DNA of 63,685 bases, the filler included, from Octopus bimaculoides (taxonomy: Eukaryota): NCBI RefSeq assembly GCF_001194135.2. It is 6 parts of 6 records of this genome, joined end to end, with 100 filler letters (N's around TTAATTAATTAA, not from the genome) between each part and the next. Parts side by side here need not be neighbours in the genome. Positions count along the whole stretch, not along the records: positions 1 to 27,964 come from NC_068983.1; 5 more parts are not named here. One strand, written 5' to 3'. Under the pieces are notes generated by a model. It saw only the letters and a list, made by a program, of their open reading frames with translations. It searched no databases and was not told the origin of the DNA. The translations under genes and the position numbers were made by a program. How positions within the stretch are numbered: position 1 is the stretch's first letter; every line of letters starts with the position of its first letter. Shown here piece by piece: positions 1 to 13,986 of the stretch.

Positions 1-115
1 GAGAGTGAGAGAGAGAGTGAGAGAGAGAGAGTGAGAGAGAGAGTGAGAGAGAGAGTGAGAGAGAGAGTGAGAGAGAGAGTGAGAGAGAGAGTGAGAGAGA
101 GAGTGTGTGTGTGTG
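1..115. repeat. (GA)n/(GAGAGT)n microsatellite grading into (GT)n
   Basis: Direct simple repeat in the sequence. Confidence 0.95.
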
Positions 116-540
116 TTGACAGATATTCCCCGCACATAGATGCGCAAATAATCGGACGTAAAACTTCTAGGGCTGCTTATATATATATTACCAACAGAGA
201 CATTCTTATACATACAAACATACATACACACACTTACATACATACATACGTATTTCCTGACAAATAGATGTCATATACATATGCTGTCGCCCATTCAGAA
301 TTACGCATTCTGGTGGACAAACATGGTTACTATGTTTTTGTATTTTGAAAAGTTCGTCGGAAACTTAAAAGATATTTCTGCCTAATTTTCAAATAAATTA
401 ATTTGGTCAAAACCATGACAAATACTACAAAACATTTCAGTTCTATCTCTAACTTGTTTTATCTCTTTCTTTCTGAAGTTTTTTAAGGCATTAACTTAAA
501 TATAAACTCTGAATTAGTATGAAGAGAATGAAAAGAAGTT

Positions 541-600
<60 letters not shown>
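541..600. repeat. (TAA)n microsatellite
   Basis: Pure TAA array; a second (TAA)n/(TAAA)n array lies at ~853-972. Confidence 0.95.
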
Positions 601-1605
<1,005 letters not shown>

Positions 1606-1610
1606 ACAAC

Positions 1611-2681
1611 AATGTGAGATGTTGTTGACCGTCCTGATTTGAATCCATTTTGATTTGGTCGCAGTTGTTTGTCTATCTTATTTTGTATTCGGTTAAGTAT
1701 CATCTTGTAGACCATTTTTGCAGCAATGAAAGACAGACTGAAAGACAGACTGTGGAAGACAGACTGTGGAAGACAGACTGTGGAAGACAGACTGTGGAAG
1801 ACAGACTGTGGAAGACAGACTGTGGAAGACAGACTGTGGAAGACAGACTGTGGAAGACAGACTGTGGAAGACAGACTGTGGAAGACAGACTGTGGAAGAC
1901 AGACTGTGGAAGACAGACTGTGGAAGACAGACTGTGGAAGACAGACTGTGGAAGACAGACTGTGGAAGACAGACTGTGGAAGACAGACTGCAACAATAAA
2001 AGGCATCTCACATTATAGCACTTAGAAGACTGATAGAGGAAGTTAAGAGCCATAACAGGAAGGCTATTATTATCTATGTAGACTTTAAAAAGACTTTTGA
2101 ATCAGCACATAGAGGAATGATGATGAAGATACTTAAGGCATATGATATTCCACCAAGAATTCTGAGAGCAATAAGTAAGCTGTATGAGAACACCAGAGCG
2201 AAAATGATCACTCCTGATGGAGAGACAGGATACTTTGACTTCAAAGCCGGAGTATTACAAGGTGACATGCTAGCACCTTATCTCTTCGTCATCGTTCTGG
2301 ACTATGTAATGTGTAGAACGTACGAGGGCAAGGAAGAACTGGGATTCAAACTGTATAAGCAAAGAAGTAGACGGCATCGAGCAGTAACAGTAACTGACCT
2401 AGACTATGCCTTACTAACAGAGAGGACAGATTAGGCACAAGAGGTGCTGAGCAGATTAGAGCAGGAATCGGGGGAGGTAGGATTGTACTGTAACGAAAAT
2501 AAAACAGAGCTGCAAGTATTCAACCACGAAATGTTTGTGTCAGTGAAAGTGAGAGATGGTAAGTCATTGAAGGTAGTTGAAATTTTCAAATACCTTGGTG
2601 CGCGGACACAAATTACTGAAAAGGACATCATAGCAAGGAAAGCTCTTGCCTGGAGCGCATGCCATAAACTGAGAAAGATAT

Positions 2682-2682
<1 letters not shown>
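1611..2682 (+). mobile_element. RTE-clade LINE RT fragment with an inverted 5' segment (1611-1742, minus strand) and a forward segment (~1991-2682)
   Basis: Minus segment reads SLSFIAAKMVYKMILNRIQNKIDKQLRPNQNGFKSGRSTTSHI; forward segment reads SHIIALRRLIEEVKSHNRKAIIIYVDFKKTFES...GVLQGDMLAPYLFVIVLDY...DLDYA...FKYLG...ARKALAWSACHKLRKIW. Confidence 0.9.
1730..1990. repeat. 14-bp minisatellite (AGACAGACTGTGGA) x17 perfect copies plus partial flanks
   Basis: Perfect copies at 1743-1980, no spacers. Confidence 0.95.
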
Positions 2683-2729
<47 letters not shown>

Positions 2730-3270
2730 NNNNNNNNNNNNNNNNNNNNNNNNNNNNNNNNNNNNNNNNNNNNNNNNNNNNNNNNNNNNNNNNNNNNNNN
2801 NNNNNNNNNNNNNNNNNNNNNNNNNNNNNNNNNNNNNNNNNNNNNNNNNNNNNNNNNNNNNNNNNNNNNNNNNNNNNNNNNNNNNNNNNNNNNNNNNNNN
2901 NNNNNNNNNNNNNNNNNNNNNNNNNNNNNNNNNNNNNNNNNNNNNNNNNNNNNNNNNNNNNNNNNNNNNNNNNNNNNNNNNNNNNNNNNNNNNNNNNNNN
3001 NNNNNNNNNNNNNNNNNNNNNNNNNNNNNNNNNNNNNNNNNNNNNNNNNNNNNNNNNNNNNNNNNNNNNNNNNNNNNNNNNNNNNNNNNNNNNNNNNNNN
3101 NNNNNNNNNNNNNNNNNNNNNNNNNNNNNNNNNNNNNGGTTTAACTAAGTTGCATTACAGAACAAGCGTTAGTAACAAAATTAATTAATTAAACTAACAT
3201 TAACAACATAAGCATGGTTATGCAAATTAGGCAAGCCAGTTTAGTTCTGTCTGAGTTTTATACACACACA

Positions 3271-3341
<71 letters not shown>

Positions 3342-4204
3342 GTTCTAAGCAAATAATTCACTTCTTCATTACTCAAGCTCTCCCACACATACAATTAGAT
3401 CTCTTCAAATTTATACACACGGACAATATTTCGACTACATGTTATAACATTGAATTAAAATGTGATATTTATCAATACAGCATTTGTTGCATATTTTTGC
3501 AAAATTTTTATATGGGCTTACACTTTATACAATGCCACAAATTGCGTTAGTAACTCTGCTATCCTTAAAATTCTTGACTTTTAAGAAGAGAAAGGTAGAG
3601 CTGAAATTTTCTCTAATGCTGAAGGGCTGAATGTTACGTGTATATCTAGTTTTGAATGTATTTTGCGTGAGGTTATATATTGTTCCTCTCAATAAAAACT
3701 GTCATTGTTATCTTTCTGTACTATACATACGCACCTTTGTGAAGCACTTGTCATTGATTGGGCAGGATGCGATGTCTCTGATACTGCATTATGGCTGTTG
3801 GGGTAAAGTTTTTCTATTTGCAAGGGTAAAATTACGTTATCTTGTGCTTGATGAATTTAATATATATTTTGTTTTCTATATTGTTCAGCCACTTAATTGC
3901 TGCACTGCTACTTTTCCATTGCGTAATTCTTTGGCACACCTAACCATTAAGTTTATGGAATCTAGAATGTGTTATTCCCAGATAGTTTTGAGTTCTTTTA
4001 TTAGTCTACATTTGGGAAGGGAGAAAAATTATTGGTCATTAGGGTTATATATAGCCTGAGCCATATATGGCTCGCACACGATTTTAAATTGCGTAGCAGA
4101 TGCTTTCTGTTCATATTTGATTACATTCTAAGTGTTAGGATTTGCTTGTTTCTAAATTTTAGTATTTTGTTGAGCAAAAGTTTGGAGTGTGTAGTTTGAA
4201 TACC

Positions 4205-4272
<68 letters not shown>

Positions 4273-5221
4273 TGTGAGTGAGTGCGTGCACGCACGTGTG
4301 TATGTGTGCGTTTATATGCGTGTATGTGTAGGTGTGGATGCGTGCGTGTGTACGTGTGTGTGTGTGTATGTGTCTATATGTGTGTGTATGTGTGTATATG
4401 TGAGTGTGTGTTGACAAATACGTGGATGCTTGAAGTGCTTGTAATGGATTGTACATTGTTTTGGCAGGTGCATGTATGACGTCTAAGTGTTAACGTTTCT
4501 GTGCATTTGATGGATCGTCATTAATTAAACAATGCTTATTTATGCACAACACAGCATAAATCAGAAGAGCTGAAATAAACTTAGATATTATAAAGCCTTA
4601 CTGTGTGTTAAATAAGAATATAAGCACATGCTTTCTATTGATATACGGTAAGAATTGGGAGGAGGTCTGTCTCCTAGCAGCCTATTTTACATCTTGACAG
4701 TTCCTCAGAAAAGACGTATCTGTGTCCCTTAAACTATAATTTTTACATGGTTGATCCGCGATTAAAATAAAACGTGGTAGTTTCTTACGTGGTTATTCAA
4801 TTTGCTTGACTTCCTCAAATCAAACATCCCCAGTAGTTTTGAATTACGAAAAAACACAATGGAAAATGTAGCCTAGTCCTAGACACACCTAAAGACAAGA
4901 TAGTTATAGTTAGAATCCTTTTGATAATCGTTTTGATAATAGGGTTGTTCAGTTAGTGTTGATCTAGAGCTTACCAACAACAGTATAGCTTCTTCATATG
5001 CTCTGTTGTTTGATTAGGAAGCTCTTGAATTTACCAAGTGTGCACCAGGTGATTGCAGTGATGTTCGTAAATGTTATAATTCCGTGATTTACGAGAGATA
5101 ACGCCACGCAGACAGCTCATATGAAGTTTCTGAGTTCAACATTTGCTGTGTGAAATTAGTACGGGTAGTGTACTGCGGTAGAGTCACTCTTCCACTCTCA
5201 CTGGTAAGCTATGGTATATCT

Positions 5222-5276
<55 letters not shown>

Positions 5277-5757
5277 TCTCTCGCCAGATCTAGTGTGTTA
5301 CATGTGAGACGATGTCATCTGATAGGTGTGTTGTAAGTTAATCTCTTCAGTCGATTGGTGTCAGCAGTTCAGATCAATGTCGTAAGCATGGATAGATTCT
5401 CGAATCTCTCTGACAGGTATATCAAATCACCTATGTGGTGCAAGTGACGATATTTAGGTCTCTACATTCTACCTTTTTCTTTTGTTCTTGCTCTCTCTTT
5501 CATAATAAATAAGTGCGTATGTGTGTGTAAGTTTATCGTTTGCCAACTTCTGATTTTCTTTGTTCCTGTCTACCCACCTACCCTAATTTACACAATGTTA
5601 TTCTCTCACTCTGATCTAACCTGATCTTTCTTTCTAATGTTTTTTCGGCCTTTCTTCTTCTTGTCTTACTCTACTTCTGTGTGAGTGTGTGCACGAATGT
5701 CTGTGTATTAGTCTATGTCAGCATGCATGTATTATGTATGTGTGTGTGTGTAGTTAT

Positions 5758-5813
<56 letters not shown>

Positions 5814-5994
5814 GTGCGTGTGTGTGTGTGTGTGTATGAACGACATTAAGTACAAATGTAAACGTAGGAAAGATATCATGATCATATTTTCAAATGTCCA
5901 TTAAAACTTCATGAAGTCATCATGACGTCATACTACATTCTTTCAAAGCTACATTTGTTGGTTATTTCCTCTCACCAGCTGCTTCGACATATAG

Positions 5995-6163
5995 GCGCAA
6001 TATGGCTGTGTAGTTAAGCAGTTCGCTTTGCAGCCACCTTGTTTCAGGTTCAATCCCACAGCACGGCATTTTGGGAAACTATGTTCTACTATATCCCCAG
6101 ACCAACCCTTGCTTTGTGAGTGAATTTGATAAACGGAAACTGTGTGAAGTCCATCGTGTATGT
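5995..6163 (+). mobile_element. tRNA-derived SINE, 5' part (diverged family A-like)
   Basis: tggctgtgtagttaag A-box-like and ggttcaatccca B-box-like motifs; similar to other copies in the window. Confidence 0.65.
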
Positions 6164-6614
6164 TTNNNNNNNNNNNNNNNNNNNNNNNNNNNNNNNNNNN
6201 NNNNNNNNNNNNNNNNNNNNNNNNNNNNNNNNNNNNNNNNNNNNNNNNNNNNNNNNNNNNNNNNNNNNNNNNNNNNNNNNNNNNNNNNNNNNNNNNNNNN
6301 NNNNNNNNNNNNNNNNNNNNNNNNNNNNNNNNNNNNNNNNNNNNNNNNNNNNNNNNNNNNNNNNNNNNNNNNNNNNNNNNNNNNNNNNNNNNNNNNNNNN
6401 NNNNNNNNNNNNNNNNNNNNNNNNNNNNNNNNNNNNNNNNNNNNNNNNNNNNNNNNNNNNNNNNNNNNNNNNNNNNNNNNNNNNNNNNNNNNNNNNNNNN
6501 NNNNNNNNNNNNNNNNNNNNNNNNNNNNNNNNNNNNNNNNNNNNNNNNNNNNNNNNNNNNNNNNNNNNNNNNNNNNNNNNNNNNNNNNNNNNNNNNNNNN
6601 NNNNNNNNNNNNNN

Positions 6615-6695
<81 letters not shown>

Positions 6696-7814
6696 AATGA
6701 ATGAGTTTTATTCGTACGATCATTTGTTCAGAAACCATCCAGAAGTAACGTGACTTCGCTATCTCAATATATATGGTAACTCAAAATCCGGAAACGTTCC
6801 GTACTACGTTAGAAAGAGCAACCTTAGCTAACGTGAAGTATTATACGTGTACCAGGGGAAGAAATGACCTTATAACCTGGTCTCTGCACCACAGAAACAC
6901 TTGATGTCCTTTTCTTTTTCGCCACGGACAAACTTTTCAGTAGTAATTCTGATAAGATTTCCTCATGTAGAGAGCCTACAACTGATAAGATGTCCTCATG
7001 TAGAGAGCTTACGCAACTGAATTTGAAACCCATCATGTACCCGAATAGACAGACTAGAAGAATTTTCTTAATAATGCAGCTATACCCTTCTCTGGACCGT
7101 CAGTCTAGTGCACGTCCCCAGGTATTAACTGCATTCACACACCATAACTACTTTAACCATCCGGGCTCTTGATGGGTTCGGGAAGCTAGCTAACACCTCA
7201 CTGTGATTTTATCGTATTTGTGCTCTTATAGATTTTATTACACACCAACCTTATCCACCCACCCTAAACCACCGGAGGTCCCCATAATTACAACCTTGGT
7301 TAGCCCGTCTCTTCTTCACTGTTCTCTTGCTCCTGACCTACAATTACTAGTTATTCGTATATTTGTATTTAACACACGACTTTCAGTTATAAAATTATTT
7401 GCATGTCGTAAAATATTTGTCTCCTGACACAGAGGCAGAGTACACTCTGCTTTTAGAATCTTTTCCTACTCTTAGACTCAAGTGATTTTGAGAAACTGCG
7501 AGAGTAAGCGATTTATTGATATTATCGTTGTAAACCCACTGCTACCTATCAATTATAAGGTTTAGGTAACGGTATCTTTTTGCGTGTGTAATATATAACT
7601 AAACCTCAATAGTAATGCTTTCCTCGTTTATTGATATAGTGGTCTTTTTTAATTCAACACCGATTTTGGGAGTAACACTGCTGGCACTCCCTCTTCTCTG
7701 TAGAGTATGCAAGGAAGTTATATATATATATATATATATATTGCTGCATTTGTTGAGTATATAAACAGTTTGGCTGCTTGCTTCTCTGCTTGTTTCTCTC
7801 TCAGATTGATGTAG

Positions 7815-7862
7815 ACACCTCTGATGAGAACCCAATAAGGTTCGAAAATCGATTAAGGTTGT
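7815..7862 (+). ncRNA. Type I minimal hammerhead ribozyme, apparently intact
   Basis: ACCT-CTGATGA-GAACC caataa GGTTC-GAAA-ATCGATT-A-AGGT: full core, 5-bp helix II, palindromic helix III (AATCGATT), 4-bp helix I, predicted cleavage at UUA after 7855. Confidence 0.8.
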
Positions 7863-7927
7863 TCGTCATTTTTTCAGTTTGCGGAGAAATGGCTAAAATG
7901 TACCCTCTTTATAATTATACTATAAGT

Positions 7928-7986
<59 letters not shown>

Positions 7987-8091
7987 TTGTCCGTAACGTT
8001 TAAAGCAAGTGATTTATTAATGAAATCTTAATATCAGGTCTTAGTACAAAAATGTGTGTATGTGCGTGTAAGAGTGTGTGCGCTTGTGCTT

Positions 8092-8127
<36 letters not shown>

Positions 8128-10040
8128 ACGCGTGCGTGCGTGCGTGCGTGAATACCTGTGCACGCGTGTAGACCTTTCCACTTTTATACTTCCACCTTAC
8201 CCAGAAGCCAGTTCAGTTTAATACCTAACGTTGGGTCGCACAAGCCAAAATGGTCAGCGGCAGAGTGTGCGCTAACTTTCTACTCCACTAGCTTTAACTA
8301 ACAGCTAATAACTTTCGGAAAGGTGGGGATCTGACATGAACTTTCTGGGAGCCCTACTGAACTTTATTCTCTTGCACTTTAGGGATAAGTACTGCACCAG
8401 CTAACTCACTTCCCTACTCCAAGTTGATCCCAGATTATCTCGTTCAAAGTTGGTTGCATTTCCTTCAAATATTCGATTTACCATCTCTGGAAGCGAAGGT
8501 AATTTCAGTAAATCAAGAATTTATCTTATATGATGTTTTATATACTTTTATCTATCTTTATATAAACAAATATGTATATATATGTATATTTGTGCGTGTG
8601 TATGTGTGGAAGTATGTATGTATGTATGTATGTATGTATGTATGTATGTATGTATAGACACCCTTCGTATCACGGAAGTGTTGCGCTCCTAGAAATCTTG
8701 TCGTAGCATAAAGCTCCGTAACATTTAAACAGATTTTCTCTTTGATTGTTTGTTTGTATTTTTGTTGTGTTTTTTTTTTTCGTGTCCATTGACTTAGTTG
8801 TAATAGGGAAGTCAATGGGAATATAAGTTTTTACGGAAGTCCACACTTCAATGATATTCTCCGCAGTACAACGCTTTTGTAGTGCGAGAATACCTGTACA
8901 CATATATGATGGTTGTCTTCTCTCTGCCGAGTACGACCACATTATGCGCTCATTTTCATTACTTATATTATGCCTTATGTAGTGCCTTTATTAAATATGT
9001 ATATACCCTTATGTGGAGTTTAAAGCCTGCTAGTGACCTGCAAGCTCTATTGAAGGCTTTATATGTGCATAAGTATTTCTAGATTACCAGTGATATGTTA
9101 CATGTATATGTACCTTATTAGATTTGAACCAACAAACTTGATTACAAGGTAGGCACAGAAAAAACCTAGCCCAAGAGAGCAGGATACAACAGCAGAGGGT
9201 GCATGTTAATTCTTTGTTCCTCACCTTGGTGTGAATTTTATGTTATCCATCTTGCGAGCTACATGAAGCAATTTTATACGCTGTATACTTTCAGCTCTAA
9301 ATCTCTTTTTCAACCATCAAAATATGCTTTTTCCGTGTCGCAAGATTTGCAGAAAATTTTTTCCACTTCTTAATTTTATTTCCTATGTCTTTTAGATTAG
9401 GCTTCTAGCAACCTTCAAATCTCATCGTAGATTTGTGTTGAGGAAAGCTTGTTTGGGGAGCTAGTATTCATTTAGCGTTGACACAAGACTAACTCGTACC
9501 AATTTGCTTTTTACAAAACGTGCGCTGATTCTCAGACTCTTGGACCTTTTAAGTAATTTTGTAGAAACATACTCTTCTGTGATGTTAATAAATGACTCGG
9601 AAAATTCTAGTGAAATTTTCCGGCAGTCTCACATAGTCCGGGTTTCACATGCATATAAAAGTACAATAAAATGATACAAGCTTCTTAAACAACCAACATG
9701 GAGATTATATGTATGCCTTTGTGACCACACTCGAGCTTCCAACCTACCGAAGTTCATTCTGGTCCTCTCCACAATTCACCGAATTTCCTCGTCTAAAGTA
9801 GCTAAACGTGATAGTATACTACTAAATTAAACTAATTCATTAATCACAGGCAGAGACAGAAATAAACATCACTTTTTGTTTTAAACAAAGTTACAGTATA
9901 TTCTATTAATAAAAATCTGTTATGTGCAACTAAAGCAATAAACAGCCACCTGGGTATCATACTTAATGACGATGCATCGCGAGAAGGTAAATTAACTGCG
10001 GTATTCATCTGGAGATGATATGTCTTATGGACGTACTGTA

Positions 10041-10105
<65 letters not shown>

Positions 10106-10347
10106 TGTATGTATGTATGTATGTATGTATGTATGTGTATATGTATATTAGTAGCAAATGAAAATCGTCTAGCAGCGGTGGTGAGGACGCTAGTGATGCA
10201 TTTTTGGTTCGTTCGACTTCTTCAGTAGCATGCCAACCATGTGCTAAAACTTTTATTGAGCTGGGTGGCTAATTGCAACACCATTAATTTTTTAGTAACT
10301 ATTTTCCTATACCAGTAGCAAGACACTTGTGAGTGTGTGTGTGCATA

Positions 10348-10391
<44 letters not shown>

Positions 10392-10977
10392 GTATGTGAA
10401 CTAAAACTATTCCAAAAAGTTATGCCGTACACTCCACAGGCGGCTACAGAGTTGTTTCCTGGCGAGATCCATCAAAGTCACCCTTTCAGGCCAGTCTTCT
10501 GATCTCTCATTTATCAATATGTCGATCCTAGGAGCCTCAATATACGGTCTACTTTATAGTGTTTTTTAAAAATTTTCTTTTGTTTGTTTTTTACTTTCTT
10601 TTCCGTTTGCAGAAACGATCCTAATTTTTCAATGCCTATGATAGGATAATAATGTCTATGTTCTGCTGCGCAGTTTCCGGATACTATCAGACTGAAATCC
10701 ACTGAAGACTACAGTATATCAATATAAGATTCAACAAAATACAAATCAAATGCGTTATATCAAAATTTGAATTGCCTTTTCAGAATTGCAGCCAGGCTAT
10801 GATAGAGGAAGTTGAGATTTTGGGTGTCGCTATAGCCATCAATACAGTTTGGTCCAAACCAATACGATCATTTATCCTAAAATATATCTGCTACATGTAA
10901 CTGGTGGTGACCGGAAGATTGGAGTATTTCATAAAATGGGAAATAAATTAGGATTCGCTACAGAAAGATGTGCTACT

Positions 10978-11752
10978 TTACTCTTTTGCTCTTTTACTTG
11001 TTTCAGTCATTTGACTGTGACCATGCTGGAGCACCGCCTTTTAGTCGAGCAAATCGACCCCAGAACTTATTCTTTGTAAGCCTAGTACTTATTCTATCGG
11101 TCTCTTATGCCGAACTGCTAAGTTACGGGGACGTAAACACACCAGCATCGGTTGTCAAGCGATGTTGGGGGGACAAACACAGACACACAAACATATACAC
11201 ACACATACGTATATATATATATATATACATATATATAAATTCAAAAAGGGATAAAACTCTTTTACAAGAATTTCATCAAGAAGCCAGTGTGTAAAAAAAT
11301 TCATAAGGGAAATTTCTATTCCCAAGAATANNNNNNNNNNNNNNNNNNNNNNNNNNNNNNNNNNNNNNNNNNNNNNNNNNNNNNNNNNNNNNNNNNNNNN
11401 NNNNNNNNNNNNNNNNNNNNNNNNNNNNNNNNNNNNNNNNNNNNNNNNNNNNNNNNNNNNNNNNNNNNNNNNNNNNNNNNNNNNNNNNNNNNNNNNNNNN
11501 NNNNNNNNNNNNNNNNNNNNNNNNNNNNNNNNNNNNNNNNNNNNNNNNNNNNNNNNNNNNATATATATATATATATATACATATATACGACGGGCTTCTT
11601 TCAGTTTCCGTCTACCAAATCCACTCACAAGTCTTTGGTCGGTCCGAGCCTATTGTAGAAGACACTTGCCCAAGGTGCCACGCAGTGGGACTGAACCCGG
11701 AACCATGTGGTTCGTAAGCAAGCTACTTACCACACAGCCACTCCTACGCCTA
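10978..11752 (-). mobile_element. Family A tRNA-derived SINE interrupted by an N gap
   Basis: 3' tail (ctcttttact) at 10978 and head (ccacacagccactcct) near 11750; reverse complement of the 12025-12440 copy. Confidence 0.85.
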
Positions 11753-12024
11753 TGTCACTAAAGTGACAGAGGGCACTAATCAGCACCAGTATTGCTAGAA
11801 ATAAGAGTCAAAACAACTCAATAGCCACAGAAGCACTATCTTCATGACTGACATGGGAGGTAATCTCCCTACGGCAATAGATATTGCCAGATCATCGATG
11901 ATTTCGCATTTTGATGCTCACGCATCTTAATGCACATCGGTGGCTCTCACCGCGAAATCATCGATGATCTGGTTATGTCTGTTGTCATAGGGAGCTTGCC
12001 TCACTTATCAATCATTAAGATATA

Positions 12025-12440
12025 AGCGCAGGAGTAGCTGTGTGGTAAGTAGCTTGCTTACCAGCCACATGGTTCCGGGTTCATTCCCACTGCGTAGCAC
12101 CTTGGGCAAGTGTCTTCTGCTATAGCCTCGGGCCGACCAAAGCCTTGTGAGTGGATTTGGTAGACGGAAACTGAAAGAAGTCCGTCGTATATATGTATAT
12201 ATGTATATATATGTATGTGTGTGTATATGTTTGTGTCTGTGTTTGTCCCCCTAACATCGCTTGACAACCGATGCTGGTGTGTTTACGTCCCCGTAACTTA
12301 GCGGTTCGGCAAAAGAGATCGATAGAATAAGTACTAGGCTTCCAAAGAATAAGTCCTGGGGTCGATTTGCTCGACTAAAAGGCGGTGCTCCAGCATGGCC
12401 GCAGTCAAATGACTGAAACAAGTAAAAGAGAGTAAAAGAG
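12025..12440 (+). mobile_element. Full-length family A tRNA-derived SINE
   Basis: Head gcgcaggagtagctgtgtggtaag, B-box ggttcattccc, internal microsatellite, tail gtaaaagag repeats; many paralogues in the window. Confidence 0.9.
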
Positions 12441-12639
12441 TATAGTGCTTCTGTGGCTATTGAGTTGTTTTGACTCTTATTTCTATATGTAAATTATTTC
12501 TATATATATAAAAGAGTAAAAGAATATATACACGTTCACTCGTACGTGATGGGTACTTTCCCTCTTAGTTTTGATAATAAACATTTAATGTTTCGATCAA
12601 CTGATTCGTTAAATGAATGTATAAACGGCTGAGTATTCC

Positions 12640-12895
12640 ACAGGTCACAAGCACATACTTCTTTAACGCAAGCCGAATTAGTGTCTCATAACGTATGACA
12701 AGACTGCACCTTTACACTACAGGTAGAACTCATCCTGCGGGATTCCGCACAGTTTCTGTTCACCCATTTTAATTGCAAGGCTTTCGTCGACTTGAGGCTA
12801 TTGTAAAAGCAGTTACCCAAAGTGTCATACAGTGGGATCGAACACACTGACCTTATGATTTTGAAGCGAACTTCTTGCTCGTTGAGCCATTGCTG
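12640..12895 (-). mobile_element. Diverged tRNA-derived SINE
   Basis: Reverse complement shows tggctcaacgagc and gttcgatcccact Pol III boxes, with a body similar to family A. Confidence 0.55.
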
Positions 12896-13104
12896 CATCC
12901 AACTCATACACACACACACACACATACACACATACACATACATACACAACAATGCACTCAATGTATATGTGAGTGTGCATACATACATAAACACACGCAC
13001 ATACATACATGCATACATACGTACGTACATACATACATACATACATACATGCATACATGCATGCATGCATACATATATACATACATATATATATACATAC
13101 ACAG

Positions 13105-13195
<91 letters not shown>

Positions 13196-13918
13196 AGAAA
13201 ACTACAAACATGTATAAAAGAACTTAATACCGGCTTATAATGAAGTAAGGCATTATGTTTTTATTGATTACAGCTGAAATGTTCGATTAGTTATAGGCAT
13301 ATATTTACGCGTGTATACGTAAGTATGACTGAATGCGCACGTGCTGATGTACGCGCGCATGTCTATGTACGTGTGTAAATGGGTATGTGTATATGCGCAT
13401 GCGCACATGTGTGTATTTGTGCGTGTGTGAGTGTAAAGATAGACGACAAGAAATGATATGAGAAAATTAGTCAGTGGTGTTTAGAGGAAAAGTGAGTGAA
13501 AGAGACACAAGGGAATGGGAAAGAGAGAAAAACAAACTAAACAATCCAAGAAGAAAAATGAGAGTGAGAAAGAAAAAAGAGAGAAGCAAACAAAAAAATA
13601 AGGGGGTGAGAGAGAGAGAACGAGAGAGAGAGAGTTCATTGAGTGACTTTTCGTCTGGGGGAGAAGTTGAATTCCTCAAGTATTGGAACCAACTGTTTAA
13701 ATAACCTTTCAATTTCGTTTGCATGCAACAGTGTTGATGGCGTAGTTATGAGGCTAAGCGGTGATTGTATGGCGCGGCGTGTTTTGCTGTGACGTGTGCC
13801 TTCCTAATCAGAATAGTCTCTGACGCCAAATGAATGAATCTAGAAAATGTTAAAGTGTAACAATATGTTATTTTATTCATGTGTCATTGCAAACCACCAA
13901 TGATCGTTCTCTCTCTCC

Positions 13919-13986
<68 letters not shown>

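Noticed and set aside
1730-1990. CRISPR-like array and repetitive ORFs (VEDRLWKTDCGRQT)n
   Set aside because: No spacers and no cas genes in a eukaryotic context; the ORFs are by-products of a stop-free 14-mer
6949-7016. 33-bp tandem duplication (ctgataagat..cctcatgtagagagc..ac)
   Set aside because: Ordinary local duplication; the ctgataag start is not a hammerhead core
8383-8498. Possible exon (ag|...GAAG|gtaatt) with an open frame ISTAPANSLPYSKLIPDYLVQSWLHFLQIFDLPSLEAK ending in phase 0
   Set aside because: Phase would fit the PDZ exon, but the peptide does not resemble a PDZ N-terminal half; chance splice signals are likely
12025-12100. tRNA-like A/B boxes (also in the other SINE heads)
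   Set aside because: These are SINE heads with no cloverleaf, not tRNA genes
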